A stretch of 64,000 nt of DNA from Macrostomum lignano (taxonomy: Eukaryota): contig NIVC01002284.1 in assembly GCA_002269645.1 (NCBI GenBank), positions 1 to 64,000 on the forward strand, read 5' to 3'. Within the stretch, counting starts at the first letter, position 1. Every line of letters begins with the position of its first letter. The position numbers and the translations under genes were made by a program. Below the pieces are notes generated by a model. That model was not told where the DNA came from. It saw nothing but the letters and a program-made list of their open reading frames with translations, and made no database searches. This document shows positions 60,606 to 64,000 of the stretch, piece after piece.

Positions 60606-61692
60606 ACAGGTGACGCCCCTGACTGACAGGTGAGGTCCCTGACTGACAGGTTGATGTCCCTGACTGACAGGTGATGTCCTGTCCTGACTGACAGGTGATG
60701 TCCCTGACTGAAGTGATGTCCTGACTGACAGGTGATGTCCCTGACTGACAGCTGATGTCCTGACTGACAGGTGATGTTCCTGACTGACAGGTGATGTCCT
60801 GACTGACAGGTGATGTCCCTGACTGACAGGTGATGTCCTGACTGACAGGTGATGTCTCTGACTGGACAGGTGATGTCCCTGACTGACAGCTGATGTCCTG
60901 ACTGACAGGTGAGTCTCCTGACTGACAGCTGATGTCCTGACTGACAGGTGATTTCCCTGACTGACAGGTGATGTCCTGACTGACAGGTGATGTCCCTGAC
61001 TGACAGGTGATGTCCCTGACTGGACGATGGACGCCCCTGACTGACAGGTGATGTCCCTGACTGACAGGTGATGTCCCTGACTGACAGGTGATGTCCCTGA
61101 CTGACGGATGATGTCCCTGACTGGACAGATGACGCCCCTGACTGACAGGTGATGTCCCTGACTGACAGGTGATGTCCCTGACTGACAGGTGATGTCCCTG
61201 ACTGACAGGTGATGTCCCTGACTGACAGGTGATGTCCTGACTGACAGTTGATGTCCCTGACTGACAGGTGATGTCCCTGACTGACAGGTGATGTCCTGTC
61301 CTGACTGACAGGTGATGTCCCTGACTGACAGCTGATGTCCTGACTGACAGGTGATGTCCCTGACTGACAGCTGATGTCCTGACTGACAGGTGATGTCCCT
61401 GACTGACAGGTGATGTCCCTGACTGACGGATGATGTCCCTGACTGGACAGATGACGCCCCTGACTGACAGGTGATGTCCCTGACTGACAGGTGATGTCCC
61501 TGACTGACAGGTGATGTCCCTGACTGACAGGTGATGTCCCTGACTGACAGGTGATGTCCCTGACTGACAGGTGATGTCCCTGACTGACAGGTGATGTCTC
61601 TGACTGGACAGGTGATGTCCCTGACTGACAGGTGATTTCTCTGACTGGACAGGTGATGTCCCTGACTGACAGGTGATGTCCCTGACTGACAA
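60606..61692. repeat. 19-21 bp minisatellite
   Basis: gtccctgactgacaggtgat, about 50 copies. Confidence 0.97.
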
Positions 61693-62409
61693 GTGAAAGT
61701 CCCTGACTATCAGGCGATAATACCTGAGTAACAGGTGGCTTCCTTAACCCTAGTCACTGACCCGTGGAGCAATTTTCTGATTTTTCCCCAAAATCCGGCG
61801 GCGCCCTCAGAGGTCTCGCAGCGAAGCATCGCGCGGATGAGCTCTCACTCTGCAGCTCTCGGAACTTTGCCTTCAGCGAAAGCAGCAGAAACTGCAGTTA
61901 AAACTCGAAATCAAAGAGCTCACAGCCTGCAAACACAGCAGTCTGATGGGGTGTATGCTTATTTCTCTTGGAGGGGTGCTGCAGATCCAGACACAGCTAA
62001 CTGCGCAGGCAGGTGGGCAGCATGCTGCGAGCTGCCCTTCTCCACTATCAAGGGAGATGGGGTTGGATAAAAACTGCAATTTTCGCGAGTTGTTTATCTG
62101 CTCACTGCAAACTGCAGTTCCTTGAGCTGCACCATTCAGTCCCTTTCTGCCCAAATCTGCAATAACTTGAATGCGCTCTCATATTTCAATTCCTATCTTG
62201 ATCCTCCTTCCCCAACTTCCCCTTCTCCTAATTCCCTTGTCTAGATTCAATTTCTTTCCTAGTTAGCTCTCTAAGTCTTCCCTAATTTTCCCTTTCCAAA
62301 GTTCCTCTCCTAATTCCCTTCTCTTCCCCATTCACGATTCCAATCCCCGGACAAAACTTTCTTGATTTTCCTTATTATTATTTCTTTATTATTATCATAC
62401 TCGCAAACT

Positions 62410-64000
62410 ACCCCTCTCCCGACTCCCCTCTCCCGACTCCCCTCTCCCGTCTCCCCTCTCCCGACTCCCTTCTCCCGATTCCCCTCTCCCGTCTCCCTTC
62501 TCCCGATTCCCCTCTCCCGACTCCCCTCTCCCGTCTCCACTCTCCCGTCTCCCTTCTCCCGATTCCCCTCTCCCGTCTCCCTTCTCCGATTCCCTCTCCC
62601 GATTCCCCTCTCCCGATTCCCCTCTCCCGACTCCCCTCTCCCGACTCCCCTCTCCCGACTCCCCTCTCCCGATTCCCCTCTCCCGATTCCCCTCTCCCGA
62701 CTCCCCTCTCCCGACTCCCCTCTCCCGACTCCCCTCTCCCGACTCCCCTCTCCCGACTCCCCTCTCCCGACTCCCCTCTCCCGATTCCCCTCTCCCGATT
62801 CCCCTCTCCCGACTCCCCTCTCCCGACTCCCCTCTCCCGACTCCCCTCTCCCGTCTCCCCTCTCCCGACTCCCTTCTCCCGATTCCCCTCTCCCGTCTCC
62901 CTTCTCCCGATTCCCCTCTCCCGACTCCCCTCTCCCGTCTCCACTCTCCGTCTCCCTTCTCCCGATTCCCCTCTCCCGTCTCCCTTCTCCCGATTCCCTC
63001 TCCCGATTCCCCTCTCCCGATTCCCCTCTCCCGACTCCCCTCTCCCGACTCCCCTCTCCCGACTCCCCTCTCCCGATTCCCCTCTCCCGATTCCCCTCTC
63101 CCGACTCCCCTCTCCCGACTCCCCTCTCCCGACTCCCCTCTCCCGACTCCCCTCTCCCGACTCCCCTCTCCCGACTCCCCTCTCCCGATTCCCCTCTCCC
63201 GATTCCCCTCTCCCGACTCCCCTCTCCCGACTCCCTCTCCCGACTCCCCTCTCCGATTCCCCTCTCCCGATTCCCCTCTCCCGACTCCCCTCTCCCGACT
63301 CCCCTCTCCCGACTCCCCTCTCCCGACTCCCCTCTCCCGATTCCCCTCTCCCGACTCCCCTCTCCCGACTCCCCTCTCCCGATTCCCCTCTCCCGATTCC
63401 CCTCTCCCGACTCCCCTCTCCCGACTCCCCTCTCCCGTCTCCAATCTCCCGATTCCCCTCTCCCGACTCCCCTCTCCCGATTCCCCTCTCCCGACTCCCC
63501 TCTCCCGACTCCCCTCTCCCGATTCCCCTCTCCCGACTCCCCTCTCCCGACTCCCCTCTCCCGATTCCCCTCTCCCGACTCCCCTCTCCCGACTCCCCTC
63601 TCCCGATTCCCCTCTCCCGATTCCCCTCTCCCGACTCCCCTCTCCCGACTCCCCTCTCCCGTCTCCCCTCTCCCGACTCCCTTCTCCCGATTCCCCTCTC
63701 CCGTCTCCCTTCTCCCGATTCCCCTCTCCCGACTCCCCTCTCCCGTCTCCACTCTCCCGTCTCCCTTCTCCCGATTCCCCTCTCCCGTCTCCCTTCTCCC
63801 GATTCCCCTCTCCCGATTCCCCTCTCCCGATTCCCCTCTCCCGACTCCCCTCTCCCGACTCCCCTCTCCCGACTCCCCTCTCCCGATTCCCCTCTCCCGA
63901 TTCCCCTCTCCCGACTCCCCTCTCCCGACTCCCCTCTCCCGACTCCCCTCTCCCGACTCCCCTCTCCCGACTCCCTCTCCCGACTCCCCTCTCCCGATTC
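62410..64000. repeat. 14-bp C-rich minisatellite running off the window
   Basis: cccctctcccgact/gatt, over 100 copies. Confidence 0.98.

Overview
Eukaryotic (animal) genomic DNA. Very GC-rich housekeeping CDSs, minisatellite-filled introns and spacers, and TTAGGG repeats suggest a free-living flatworm such as Macrostomum; this is inference only. Layout: (1) 1-4.7 kb, a decayed Ty3/Gypsy LTR retrotransposon (minus) with a 1.55-kb non-autonomous LTR element inserted in its pol gene. (2) The last exon of SMIM7 (+). (3) Two tandem copies of a secreted PAN/apple-like gene (minus) with a predicted 28-nt intron. (4) A tightly linked minus-strand pair, LYRM7 then NFYC. (5) 18.6-39 kb, an AT-rich nest of transposons. 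It holds an 11.3-kb Mutator-like element (9-bp TSD; transposase + SWIM + Ulp1 + PHD and a convergent orphan ORF) carrying a Helitron and a MITE, plus a second small LTR element and a second Helitron-like element. (6) 39.7-58.6 kb, six co-oriented conserved genes (ARG1-like DnaJ, BLOC1S6, IDI1, CWC25, NUP58, TAF10) resembling a trans-spliced operon. Most host-gene introns and spacers carry their own private minisatellite, and many of these arrays look like tandem amplifications of the local 3' splice site, branch point, start codon or stop codon. That pattern is the most intriguing signal in the window. All homology calls are from motif recognition by eye, not database searches.
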